A DNA stretch of 32,000 nt. Source: Streptococcus phage Dp-1. Location: the sequence record NC_015274.1. One strand, written 5' to 3'. Positions 1 to 7,879 of this stretch are shown here, in pieces. How positions within the stretch are numbered: the stretch's first letter is position 1; each line of letters starts with the position of its first letter. Position numbers and translations under genes: made by a program. The notes beneath the pieces are model-generated. The model was given only the letters and a program-made list of their open reading frames with translations. It did no database searches and was not told the origin of the DNA.

Positions 1-1
1 A

Positions 2-928
2 ACCGGCTTGAAGCAAATTCCTTGTCGAGTTATTCTTAATGAACCATTGACTAATGACATATACGGGACAAGCGATGTCAAAGACCTTATCACAGTAGCA
101 GATAACTTGAACAAAACTATTAGTGACTTACGAGATTCACTTCGATTTAAAATGTTCGAGCAGCCTGTTATCATTGATGGCTCTTCTAAGTCAATTCAAG
201 GAATGAAGATTGCGCCAAACGCTTTGGTCGACCTTAAGAGTGACCCTACTTCCTCAATCGGCGGTACTGGAGGCAAGCAAGCTCAAGTCACTTCCATTTC
301 AGGAAACTTCAACTTCCTTCCAGCGGCTGAATATTATTTAGAGGGCGCTAAGAAAGCCATGTATGAACTAATGGACCAGCCAATGCCTGAAAAGGTACAG
401 GAGGCGCCATCAGGAATTGCAATGCAGTTCTTATTCTACGACCTAATTTCTCGATGTGACGGAAAATGGATTGAGTGGGATGATGCTATTCAATGGCTCA
501 TTCAAATGCTGGAAGAAATTTTAGCAACAGTGAATGTTGACTTGGGAAATATTCCTCAAGATATTCAATCAAGTTATCAAACACTTACGACAATGACTAT
601 CGAACACCACTATCCAATTCCTAGCGATGAACTTTCTGCTAAGCAACTTGCGCTCACTGAAGTTCAAACTAATGTACGCAGCCACCAATCTTACATTGAA
701 GAATTCAGTAAGAAGGAAAAGGCGGACAAGGAATGGGAACGCATTTTGGAAGAACTTGCTCAGCTTGACGAAATCTCAGCTGGAGCATTGCCTGTATTAG
801 CAAACGAATTAAACGAACAAGAGGAGCCTCAAGATGAAACGAGTGAAGAAGACGAAGTTGATGACAAAGAAAAAGAACAAACTGAACAACCAACCGAAGA
901 AGGAGTCGACCCAGACGTTCAAGGTTAA
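2..928 (+). CDS. Phage portal protein, C-terminal part (5' truncated by window edge)
   Basis: Frame is open to the window start, so the listed TTG at 8 is probably not the real start. Upstream of the minor head, scaffold and capsid genes. Strongly acidic C-terminal tail. Confidence 0.75.
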   Translation, partial: TGLKQIPCRVILNEPLTNDIYGTSDVKDLITVADNLNKTISDLRDSLRFKMFEQPVIIDGSSKSIQGMKIAPNALVDLKSDPTSSIGGTGGKQAQVTSISGNFNFLPAAEYYLEGAKKAMYELMDQPMPEKVQEAPSGIAMQFLFYDLISRCDGKWIEWDDAIQWLIQMLEEILATVNVDLGNIPQDIQSSYQTLTTMTIEHHYPIPSDELSAKQLALTEVQTNVRSHQSYIEEFSKKEKADKEWERILEELAQLDEISAGALPVLANELNEQEEPQDETSEEDEVDDKEKEQTEQPTEEGVDPDVQG

Positions 929-1271
929 TTGTGACCATTGTGAGCATAAGTTCGACCTTACATCTAAACAGATTATTTCGAAACATATCGAAAAGGGCGT
1001 AGAGTGGAGATTCTTCGAATGTCCTAAGTGCCATTATCGGTTCACCACTTATGTAGGAAACAAGGAAATTGAAAACCTTATTCGATTTAGAAATACTTGT
1101 CGAGCTAAAATGAAGCAGGAACTTCAAAAAGGAGCTGCTGCTAATCAAAACACTTACCATTCATATCGAATTCAGGATGAGCAAGCTGGGCATAAAATCT
1201 CAGGGCTTATGGCGAAGCTAAAGAAGGAGATAAACATTGAAAAACGAGAAAAAGAATGGGTATCTATATAG
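834..1271 (+). CDS. Small protein with Cys4 zinc-ribbon-like motif (CDHC...CPKC) between portal and minor head genes
   Basis: 145-aa ORF. GAGGAG at 821..826 is 7 nt from ATG 834. CxxC motif pair. Overlaps the portal gene by 95 nt. Confidence 0.7.
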   Translation: MKRVKKTKLMTKKKNKLNNQPKKESTQTFKVNCDHCEHKFDLTSKQIISKHIEKGVEWRFFECPKCHYRFTTYVGNKEIENLIRFRNTCRAKMKQELQKGAAANQNTYHSYRIQDEQAGHKISGLMAKLKKEINIEKREKEWVSI

Positions 1272-2232
1272 CTGGGAAAAGGCTATTCATGAAAATAATA
1301 TTCGTCTAACCCTTGAACAGGAACAAGCTGTACTGAAAGCCTTCAGCGATGCAGGAACTGATTTAATTGCAAAGATTAAAAAGTCTCGAAATGGATACTT
1401 GCCTAAAAGAATCTATAAAGACTACGCTTACGACCTGCACGCTGTTCTTGTTCAACTAATGACTGAATACTCTCATAAGGCGGCAATGAACGCAGTAGAT
1501 GGCCAGGTAGTTCATATTCTACAAGTATTAGCAGAAGATGGAAATGCTACGGCTGAAAAGTTCGAAAAGGAAGTCAGGGCTGCATCTTTAGTATTTTCAC
1601 GAAGAGCAGCCGAGGCAGTTGTCAAAGGTGAAATCTATAAGGACGGCAAAAACCTCTCGAAACGTGTTTGGTCTTCAGCCGCACGCGCAGGAAATGATGT
1701 TCAACAAATAGTCACACAAGGCCTAGCAAGTGGAATGTCTGCTACAGATATGGCTAAAATGCTCGAGAAATATATCGACCCTAAGGTTCGAAAAGATTGG
1801 GACTTTGATAAGATAGCTGAGAAGCTAGGGAAACCTGCTGCTCATAAATATCAAAATCTCGAATACAATGCCCTTCGACTTGCTCGAACTACCATTAGCC
1901 ATTCCGCCACAGCTGGAGTGAGACAATGGGGCAAGGTTAATCCTTATGCTCGAAAAGTTCAATGGCATTCTGTTCACGCTCCAGGTCGAACGTGTCAAGC
2001 GTGTATCGATTTAGATGGTGAAGTATTTCCTATCGAAGAATGTCCTTTCGACCATCCTAATGGAATGTGCTACCAAACTGTATGGTACGAAAACTCACTC
2101 GAAGAAATCGCTGATGAGTTGAGAGGCTGGGTAGACGGAGAACCTAATGATGTATTAGACGAATGGTACGACGATTTAAGTTCAGGAAAAGTTGAGAAAT
2201 ACAGCGACCTCGACTTTGTTAAAAGTTATTAG
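1237..2232 (+). CDS. Minor head / head morphogenesis protein (SPP1 gp7 / Mu gpF-like)
   Basis: TTG start with AAGGAG at 1224..1229. C-terminal HSVHAPGRTCQACIDLDG...CPFDHPNGMC motif typical of the family. Position after portal. Confidence 0.8.
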   Translation: MKNEKKNGYLYSWEKAIHENNIRLTLEQEQAVLKAFSDAGTDLIAKIKKSRNGYLPKRIYKDYAYDLHAVLVQLMTEYSHKAAMNAVDGQVVHILQVLAEDGNATAEKFEKEVRAASLVFSRRAAEAVVKGEIYKDGKNLSKRVWSSAARAGNDVQQIVTQGLASGMSATDMAKMLEKYIDPKVRKDWDFDKIAEKLGKPAAHKYQNLEYNALRLARTTISHSATAGVRQWGKVNPYARKVQWHSVHAPGRTCQACIDLDGEVFPIEECPFDHPNGMCYQTVWYENSLEEIADELRGWVDGEPNDVLDEWYDDLSSGKVEKYSDLDFVKSY

Positions 2233-2257
2233 GCTCGGTTCAATACCGAGTCTTTTT
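2232..2257 (+). terminator. Rho-independent terminator after minor head gene
   Basis: GGCTCGGT-TCAAT-ACCGAGTC (8-bp stem with one G-T pair) followed by TTTTT; stem begins at the stop codon. Confidence 0.8.
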
Positions 2258-2315
2258 GTCTATAAATTGTCTAATTTCGAGAACCTTCGAAAAGTAGTAA
2301 AATGATATTCAGTTA

Positions 2316-2324
2316 TGTTATAAT
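2316..2324 (+). promoter_or_regulatory. Candidate extended -10 promoter for scaffold/capsid operon (TGTTAATAT)
   Basis: TG-n-TAATAT with no good -35, between a terminator and a ~110-nt leader. Confidence 0.4.
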
Positions 2325-2362
2325 ATAAGTTGAAAAGGAACCTTGTCGCCTTAATGACTCGA

Positions 2363-2384
2363 AATTGGTTTCACTGTTCCAATT
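2363..2384 (+). promoter_or_regulatory. Inverted repeat in the scaffold-gene leader (AATTGG-N10-CCAATT)
   Basis: Perfect 6-bp arms. Alternative pairing GGAAC (2335..2339) with GTTCC (2376..2380) overlaps it. Confidence 0.35.
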
Positions 2385-2436
2385 AAATAAAAACAGCAGA
2401 TTCAGCCGGAGGGCGGAAAACTCAGGAGGAAAATAA

Positions 2437-3105
2437 ATGGCTTATCAATTAGAAGACTTGTTAAAAGGTCTAGATGAACCAACTATCAAACAGGTGAAGG
2501 AAATTATTTCGAAAACTTCGAAAGAACTCGATGCTAAAATTTTCATTGACGGCGACGGTCAACATTTTGTACCTCACGCACGTTTCGATGAAGTTGTTCA
2601 ACAGCGCGATGCAGCTAACGGCTCAATTAATTCTTATAAAGAACAAGTCGCGACGCTTTCTAAACAGGTCAAAGATAACGGTGATGCGCAGACCACTATC
2701 CAAAACCTTCAAGAGCAACTCGACAAGCAGTCTCAACTTGCAAAAGGCGCTGTGATTACTTCAGCTCTTCATCCGTTGATTAGTGACTCCATTGCTCCAG
2801 CAGCAGACATTCTTGGATTTATGAACCTTGACAACATTACGGTCGAAAGTGACGGTAAAGTTAAAGGTCTTGATGAAGAGTTGAAAGCTGTTCGTGAGTC
2901 TCGTAAATACTTATTCAAAGAAGTCGAAGTTCCCGCAGAACAAGAGGCTCAAGCTAAGTCGCCAGCCGGGACTGGAAATTTAGGAAATCCAGGTCGTGTC
3001 GGTGGTGGTGTTCCCGAACCTCGTGAAATCGGCTCTTTTGGTAAGCAACTTGCTGCTGCTCAACAAACGGCAGGAGCACAAGAACAATCATCATTCTTTA
3101 AATAA
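2437..3105 (+). CDS. Capsid scaffolding protein (phage minor structural GP20-like)
   Basis: Coiled-coil, Gln/Glu/Lys-rich 222-aa protein directly upstream of head genes. RBS AGGAGG. Confidence 0.75.
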   Translation: MAYQLEDLLKGLDEPTIKQVKEIISKTSKELDAKIFIDGDGQHFVPHARFDEVVQQRDAANGSINSYKEQVATLSKQVKDNGDAQTTIQNLQEQLDKQSQLAKGAVITSALHPLISDSIAPAADILGFMNLDNITVESDGKVKGLDEELKAVRESRKYLFKEVEVPAEQEAQAKSPAGTGNLGNPGRVGGGVPEPREIGSFGKQLAAAQQTAGAQEQSSFFK

Positions 3106-3120
3106 TAGGAGGAACTAACT

Positions 3121-3498
3121 ATGCCTAATGTGCGAGTTAAGAAAACTGATTTTAATCAAACCACTCGAAGCATTGTCGCAATTCCTGACCACTACGTTGC
3201 TTTGGCTGCTCAAATTCCAGCTACCGCAGCAACTCAAGTAGGGAACAAGAAATACATTCTTGCCGGAACTTGCGTGAAAAATGCTACTACATTTGAAGGA
3301 CGCAAAACTGGACTCGAAGTAGTATCTACCGGTGAACAATTCGACGGAGTTATCTTCGCTGACCAAGAAGTGTTTGAAGGTGAAGAAAAAGTAACCGTGA
3401 CAGTATTAGTTCACGGATTCGTCAAATATGCAGCCCTTCGAAAAGTTGGCGATGCTGTGCCTGAATCTAAAAACGCAATGATTCTTGTCGTTAAATAG
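3121..3498 (+). CDS. Head structural / decoration-type protein
   Basis: 125-aa beta-rich ORF between scaffold and capsid. RBS AGGAGG. Confidence 0.5.
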   Translation: MPNVRVKKTDFNQTTRSIVAIPDHYVALAAQIPATAATQVGNKKYILAGTCVKNATTFEGRKTGLEVVSTGEQFDGVIFADQEVFEGEEKVTVTVLVHGFVKYAALRKVGDAVPESKNAMILVVK

Positions 3499-3510
3499 GA
3501 GGAATTATAG

Positions 3511-4590
3511 ATGAATATTTATGATTATATCAACGCAGGGGAGATTGCTAGCTACATTCAAGCACTTCCTTCAAACGCTCTTCAATACCTTGGACCAACT
3601 CTTTTCCCTAATGCTCAACAAACAGGGACAGACATTTCATGGCTCAAGGGTGCAAATAATTTGCCAGTAACTATCCAGCCATCTAACTACGACGCGAAAG
3701 CAAGTCTTCGTGAACGTGCTGGATTTAGCAAACAAGCTACTGAGATGGCATTCTTCCGTGAGTCTATGCGACTTGGTGAAAAAGACCGTCAAAACTTGCA
3801 AATGCTATTGAACCAAAGTTCAGCTCTTGCCCAACCACTTATCACTCAACTCTATAATGATACTAAGAACCTTGTAGACGGTGTTGAAGCGCAAGCAGAA
3901 TACATGCGTATGCAATTGCTTCAATACGGTAAATTCACTGTCAAATCAACTAACAGCGAGGCTCAATACACTTACGACTACAACATGGATGCTAAGCAAC
4001 AATATGCAGTCACTAAGAAATGGACTAACCCAGCTGAAAGTGACCCTATCGCTGACATTTTAGCAGCAATGGATGACATCGAAAATCGTACAGGTGTTCG
4101 CCCTACTCGAATGGTCTTGAACCGAAACACTTATAACCAAATGACTAAGAGTGACTCTATCAAGAAAGCTCTTGCAATTGGTGTTCAAGGTTCTTGGGAA
4201 AACTTCTTGCTTCTTGCAAGTGACGCTGAGAAATTCATCGCTGAAAAAACAGGTCTTCAAATCGCTGTCTACTCTAAGAAAATTGCTCAGTTCGCTGACG
4301 CTGACAAACTTCCTGACGTTGGTAACATTCGTCAGTTCAACTTGATTGACGACGGTAAAGTGGTATTGCTTCCACCTGACGCAGTTGGTCACACTTGGTA
4401 CGGTACTACTCCAGAAGCATTCGACTTGGCTTCAGGCGGAACAGACGCTCAAGTTCAAGTTCTTTCAGGCGGACCTACCGTTACAACTTATCTTGAAAAA
4501 CATCCTGTCAACATTGCAACAGTTGTATCAGCTGTTATGATTCCATCATTCGAAGGAATTGACTATGTAGGAGTTCTCACAACTAATTAG
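3511..4590 (+). CDS. Major capsid protein (phage capsid protein E / SPP1-like HK97 fold)
   Basis: 359 aa, position after scaffold, overall sequence character, AGGAGG RBS. Confidence 0.8.
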   Translation: MNIYDYINAGEIASYIQALPSNALQYLGPTLFPNAQQTGTDISWLKGANNLPVTIQPSNYDAKASLRERAGFSKQATEMAFFRESMRLGEKDRQNLQMLLNQSSALAQPLITQLYNDTKNLVDGVEAQAEYMRMQLLQYGKFTVKSTNSEAQYTYDYNMDAKQQYAVTKKWTNPAESDPIADILAAMDDIENRTGVRPTRMVLNRNTYNQMTKSDSIKKALAIGVQGSWENFLLLASDAEKFIAEKTGLQIAVYSKKIAQFADADKLPDVGNIRQFNLIDDGKVVLLPPDAVGHTWYGTTPEAFDLASGGTDAQVQVLSGGPTVTTYLEKHPVNIATVVSAVMIPSFEGIDYVGVLTTN

Positions 4591-4601
4591 GAGGTCGCTA
4601 T

Positions 4602-4943
4602 ATGGCTACATTGAAAGCTCTTAGCACCTTAATCGTTTCCGGAGCAGTAGTGCATTCAGGGTCGGTATTTTCTTGCCCTGAAGCGCTTGCTTCGTCTTTA
4701 ATTGAACGCAATTTTGCGTTCGAGATTAAGGCGGCTGAAGATGGAGAAACGGTAGAAACTGTTCCTCAAACAATTGAATCAGTTGAAGAAATTGACGAAG
4801 TTGAACAAATGCGCGAAGAGTATGCGGCTAAAACCGTTCCTGAGCTCGTTGAATTAGCAAGAGCTAATGGAATTGACATTTCTTCAATTTCTCGAAAAAG
4901 CGAATATATCGACGCTTTAATTAAGTACGAACTAGGAGAGTAA
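4602..4943 (+). CDS. Small structural protein with C-terminal LEM/HeH-like (SAP-like) helical motif
   Basis: C-terminal KTVPELVELARANGIDISSISRKSEYIDALI pattern; located in the head-tail connector region. Confidence 0.5.
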   Translation: MATLKALSTLIVSGAVVHSGSVFSCPEALASSLIERNFAFEIKAAEDGETVETVPQTIESVEEIDEVEQMREEYAAKTVPELVELARANGIDISSISRKSEYIDALIKYELGE

Positions 4944-4944
4944 A

Positions 4945-5262
4945 ATGGCAGCTCAAACGGACATTGAATTAGTCAAAATCAATATCGATAACGATAATTC
5001 TCCGTCACCAATGACTGACCAAAGTATCTCAGCTCTTTTAGACAAGCATAAATCTGTCGCCTATGTTAGTTATATGATTTGCTTAATGAAGACCCGGAAT
5101 GACGTGGTAACCCTTGGACCTATCAGTCTAAAAGGTGACGCAGACTACTGGAAACAAATGGCGCAATTCTATTATGACCAATATAAGCAAGAACAGCTTG
5201 AAACTGATGAAAAGTCGAACGCTGGTTCGACAATCTTAATGAAAAGGGCTGATGGGACATGA
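4945..5262 (+). CDS. Head-tail connector / DNA packaging adaptor protein
   Basis: Size and synteny after the capsid gene. Confidence 0.5.
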   Translation: MAAQTDIELVKINIDNDNSPSPMTDQSISALLDKHKSVAYVSYMICLMKTRNDVVTLGPISLKGDADYWKQMAQFYYDQYKQEQLETDEKSNAGSTILMKRADGT

Positions 5263-5648
5263 GTTATGACGTGAATTATGTTAAGAATCAAGTTCGTAGA
5301 GCCATTGAAACCGCTCCTACTAAAATCAAGGTACTTCGAAACTCTTGGGTCAGTGATGGATATGGAGGAAAGAAAAAGGATAAAGCGAATGAAGTCGTAG
5401 CAGACGACCTTGTTTGTTTAGTTGATAATTCAACTGTTCCTGACCTTTTAGCCAATTCTACTGACGCGGGAAAAATTTTTGCCCAAAATGGAGTGAAAAT
5501 TTTCATTCTATATGATGAAGGCAAAATCATTCAACGAGCCGATACTATCGAAATTAAAAACTCAGGAAGACGGTACAGGGTAGTAGAAACCCACAATCTT
5601 CTCGAGCAAGACATTTTGATAGAACTTAAATTGGAGGTGAACGACTAA
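5259..5648 (+). CDS. Putative head closure / stopper protein
   Basis: Size and synteny; 4-nt overlap with upstream gene. Confidence 0.45.
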   Translation: MSYDVNYVKNQVRRAIETAPTKIKVLRNSWVSDGYGGKKKDKANEVVADDLVCLVDNSTVPDLLANSTDAGKIFAQNGVKIFILYDEGKIIQRADTIEIKNSGRRYRVVETHNLLEQDILIELKLEVND

Positions 5649-6001
5649 TGTCTCAGCCTGAATTAGTATGGAAGCCTGAAGAATTTGTTAGTAACTGTGA
5701 ACGGTATCGAAACAAGTTTCAAGTCGCTGTCATAACAGTCTGCGAAGTCGCTGCTACTAAGATGGAAGAATACGCAAAGACGCATGCTATTTGGACAGAC
5801 CGTACAGGGAATGCTCGACAGAAACTCAAAGGAGAAGCTGCTTGGGTAAGCGCAGACCAAATCATGATAGCTGTATCACATCACATGGACTACGGGTTTT
5901 GGCTAGAACTAGCTCATGGTCGAAAATACAAAATTCTCGAACAGGCTGTAGAAGACAATGTCGAAGAACTTTTTAGAGCGTTGAGAAGGTTATTAGACTA
6001 G
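5648..6001 (+). CDS. HK97 gp10-like tail component
   Basis: EKMEEYAKTHAIWTDRTGNARQKLKG...HHMDYGFWLELAHGRKYKIL pattern typical of the HK97 gp10 family. Confidence 0.7.
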   Translation: MSQPELVWKPEEFVSNCERYRNKFQVAVITVCEVAATKMEEYAKTHAIWTDRTGNARQKLKGEAAWVSADQIMIAVSHHMDYGFWLELAHGRKYKILEQAVEDNVEELFRALRRLLD

Positions 6002-6003
6002 GA

Positions 6004-6387
6004 GTGAACATGACTAAACGAACGACAATGATGGACAGATTGAAGGAAATTCTTCCTACATTTCAGCTCTCGCCTGCTCCTATGCTTCCAGGAGTTGAAT
6101 TTGACGAGCAAGATACAGATAGGCCGGATGACTACATTGTTCTTCGATATAGTCATAGAATGCCCAGCGCAACAAATAGCCTAGGAAGTTTTGCTTATTG
6201 GAAAGTTCAAATCTACGTCCATTCAAACTCAATTATTGGTATCGACGAATATAGCAGAAAGGTTCGAAACATTATCAAGGACATGGGCTACGAAGTAACC
6301 TATGCAGAAACTGGTGACTACTTCGACACAATGCTTTCTAGATACCGACTAGAAATCGAATATAGAATTCCACAAGGAGGAAACTAA
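6004..6387 (+). CDS. Putative tail terminator protein
   Basis: Size and synteny immediately before the major tail protein. Confidence 0.55.
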   Translation: MNMTKRTTMMDRLKEILPTFQLSPAPMLPGVEFDEQDTDRPDDYIVLRYSHRMPSATNSLGSFAYWKVQIYVHSNSIIGIDEYSRKVRNIIKDMGYEVTYAETGDYFDTMLSRYRLEIEYRIPQGGN

Positions 6388-6389
6388 TA

Positions 6390-7169
6390 ATGAGTAAAGA
6401 CATTCTTTACGGAATCAAGCTCGTGCAAATCGAGGAGCTTGACCCATTGACTCAGTTGCCAAAAGTCGGCGGAGCTAACTTTGTCGTAGATACGGCAGAA
6501 ACAGCAGAACTCGAAGCCGTGACCTCGGAGGGAACTGAAGATGTGAAACGCAATGACACGCGCATTCTTGCTATCGTGCGTACTCCAGACCTTTTATACG
6601 GTTATGACTTAACATTCAAGGACAACACGTTTGACCCTGAAATCATGGCCCTAATTGAAGGTGGTACAGTACGTCAACAAGGCGGAACTATTGCTGGATA
6701 CGACACCCCAATGCTTGCACAAGGTGCTTCTAATATGAAACCATTTAGAATGAACATCTATGTGCCAAACTATGTAGGTGACTCAATTGTCAACTACGTG
6801 AAAATCACTTTGAATAACTGTACCGGTAAAGCTCCAGGGCTTTCAATCGGGAAAGAGTTCTACGCTCCTGAGTTCAACATCAAGGCACGTGAAGCAACCA
6901 AAGCAGGTTTGCCAGTTAAGTCAATGGACTATGTGGCACAACTTCCAGCGGTTCTTCGTCGCGTGACATTCGATTTGAACGGTGGAACAGGAACCGCCGA
7001 CGCAGTTCGAGTTGAAGCAGGTAAGAAGATTTCTCCAAAACCAGTTGACCCTACCTTAACAGGTAAGGCTTTCAAAGGCTGGAAAGTTGAAGGAGAATCA
7101 ACTATTTGGGACTTCGACAACCACATGATGCCTGACCGAGACGTCAAACTCGTAGCACAATTTGCATAG
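6390..7169 (+). CDS. Major tail (tube) protein with C-terminal InlB B-repeat-like domain
   Basis: Tube protein N-terminal part. C-terminal VTFDLNGGTG...GKAFKGWKVEGE...MPDRDVKLVAQFA (6963..7166) matches the Listeria-Bacteroides/InlB B-repeat pattern. Confidence 0.75.
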   Translation: MSKDILYGIKLVQIEELDPLTQLPKVGGANFVVDTAETAELEAVTSEGTEDVKRNDTRILAIVRTPDLLYGYDLTFKDNTFDPEIMALIEGGTVRQQGGTIAGYDTPMLAQGASNMKPFRMNIYVPNYVGDSIVNYVKITLNNCTGKAPGLSIGKEFYAPEFNIKAREATKAGLPVKSMDYVAQLPAVLRRVTFDLNGGTGTADAVRVEAGKKISPKPVDPTLTGKAFKGWKVEGESTIWDFDNHMMPDRDVKLVAQFA

Positions 7170-7192
7170 AAATTTAGAAAGAAGGGTCTGTT

Positions 7193-7648
7193 ATGACTAA
7201 TATTATCACAGCTGAGCAGTTTAAGCAACTTGCATTTCAAATCATCGCACTTCCAGGATTTTCAAAAGGTAGTGAACCTATCCATGTTAAAATTCGAGCA
7301 GCAGGTGTCATGAACCTAATCGCTAACGGGAAAATCCCTAATACGCTTTTAGGTAAAGTGACAGAACTGTTTGGAGAAACTTCGACAGTCACTAAAGACA
7401 ATGCTAGTCTAGCATCAATTACTGACCAACAGAAGAAAGAAGCGCTCGACCGATTGAACAAAACCGATACCGGTATTCAAGACATGGCTGAACTTCTTCG
7501 AGTATTCGCAGAAGCTTCAATGGTAGAGCCTACTTACGCTGAAGTCGGCGAGTATATGACAGATGAGCAACTTATGACAATCTTCAGTGCAATGTACGGT
7601 GAAGTGACTCAAGCTGAAACCTTTCGTACAGACGAAGGAAATGTCTAA
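7193..7648 (+). CDS. Tail assembly chaperone (gpG-like)
   Basis: Between major tail protein and tape measure; 151 aa helical protein. Confidence 0.7.
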   Translation: MTNIITAEQFKQLAFQIIALPGFSKGSEPIHVKIRAAGVMNLIANGKIPNTLLGKVTELFGETSTVTKDNASLASITDQQKKEALDRLNKTDTGIQDMAELLRVFAEASMVEPTYAEVGEYMTDEQLMTIFSAMYGEVTQAETFRTDEGNV

Positions 7649-7835
7649 TGTCATAGCAGTCGCTACTGAATTTCATATTAGACCTAGCGAGGTGGTCGGG
7701 ATGCAAACTGATTTAGGCAAATACTGCTTCGACGCAGCAGCCGTTGCTTATATTAGATATTTGCAGGAAGACAAGACTCCTAGGTATCCTGGTGACGAAA
7801 AGAAAAATCCAGGATTGCAAATGCTTATGGAGTGA
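7641..7835 (+). CDS. Tail assembly chaperone T-domain (gpGT extension), possibly made by frameshift
   Basis: FHIRPSEVVGMQTDLGKYCFDAAAVAYIRYL pattern of downstream chaperone domains; 8-nt overlap with upstream ORF; poorly spaced RBS. Confidence 0.65.
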   Translation: MSNVIAVATEFHIRPSEVVGMQTDLGKYCFDAAAVAYIRYLQEDKTPRYPGDEKKNPGLQMLME

Positions 7836-7859
7836 CTATTTTCAGTCGCTCCTCTTTTT
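7829..7859 (+). terminator. Rho-independent terminator before tape measure gene
   Basis: GGAGTGACT-ATTTTC-AGTCGCTCC (9-bp stem, one T-G pair) then TCTTTTT; the stem contains the TGA stop of the preceding ORF. Confidence 0.75.
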
Positions 7860-7879
7860 GTATATAGAAAGGAAATTAC

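Noticed and set aside
705-1160. Antisense ORF of 151 aa
   Set aside because: Opposite strand to a dense coding array, low-complexity Leu/Phe/Arg composition mirrored from the sense genes, no RBS.
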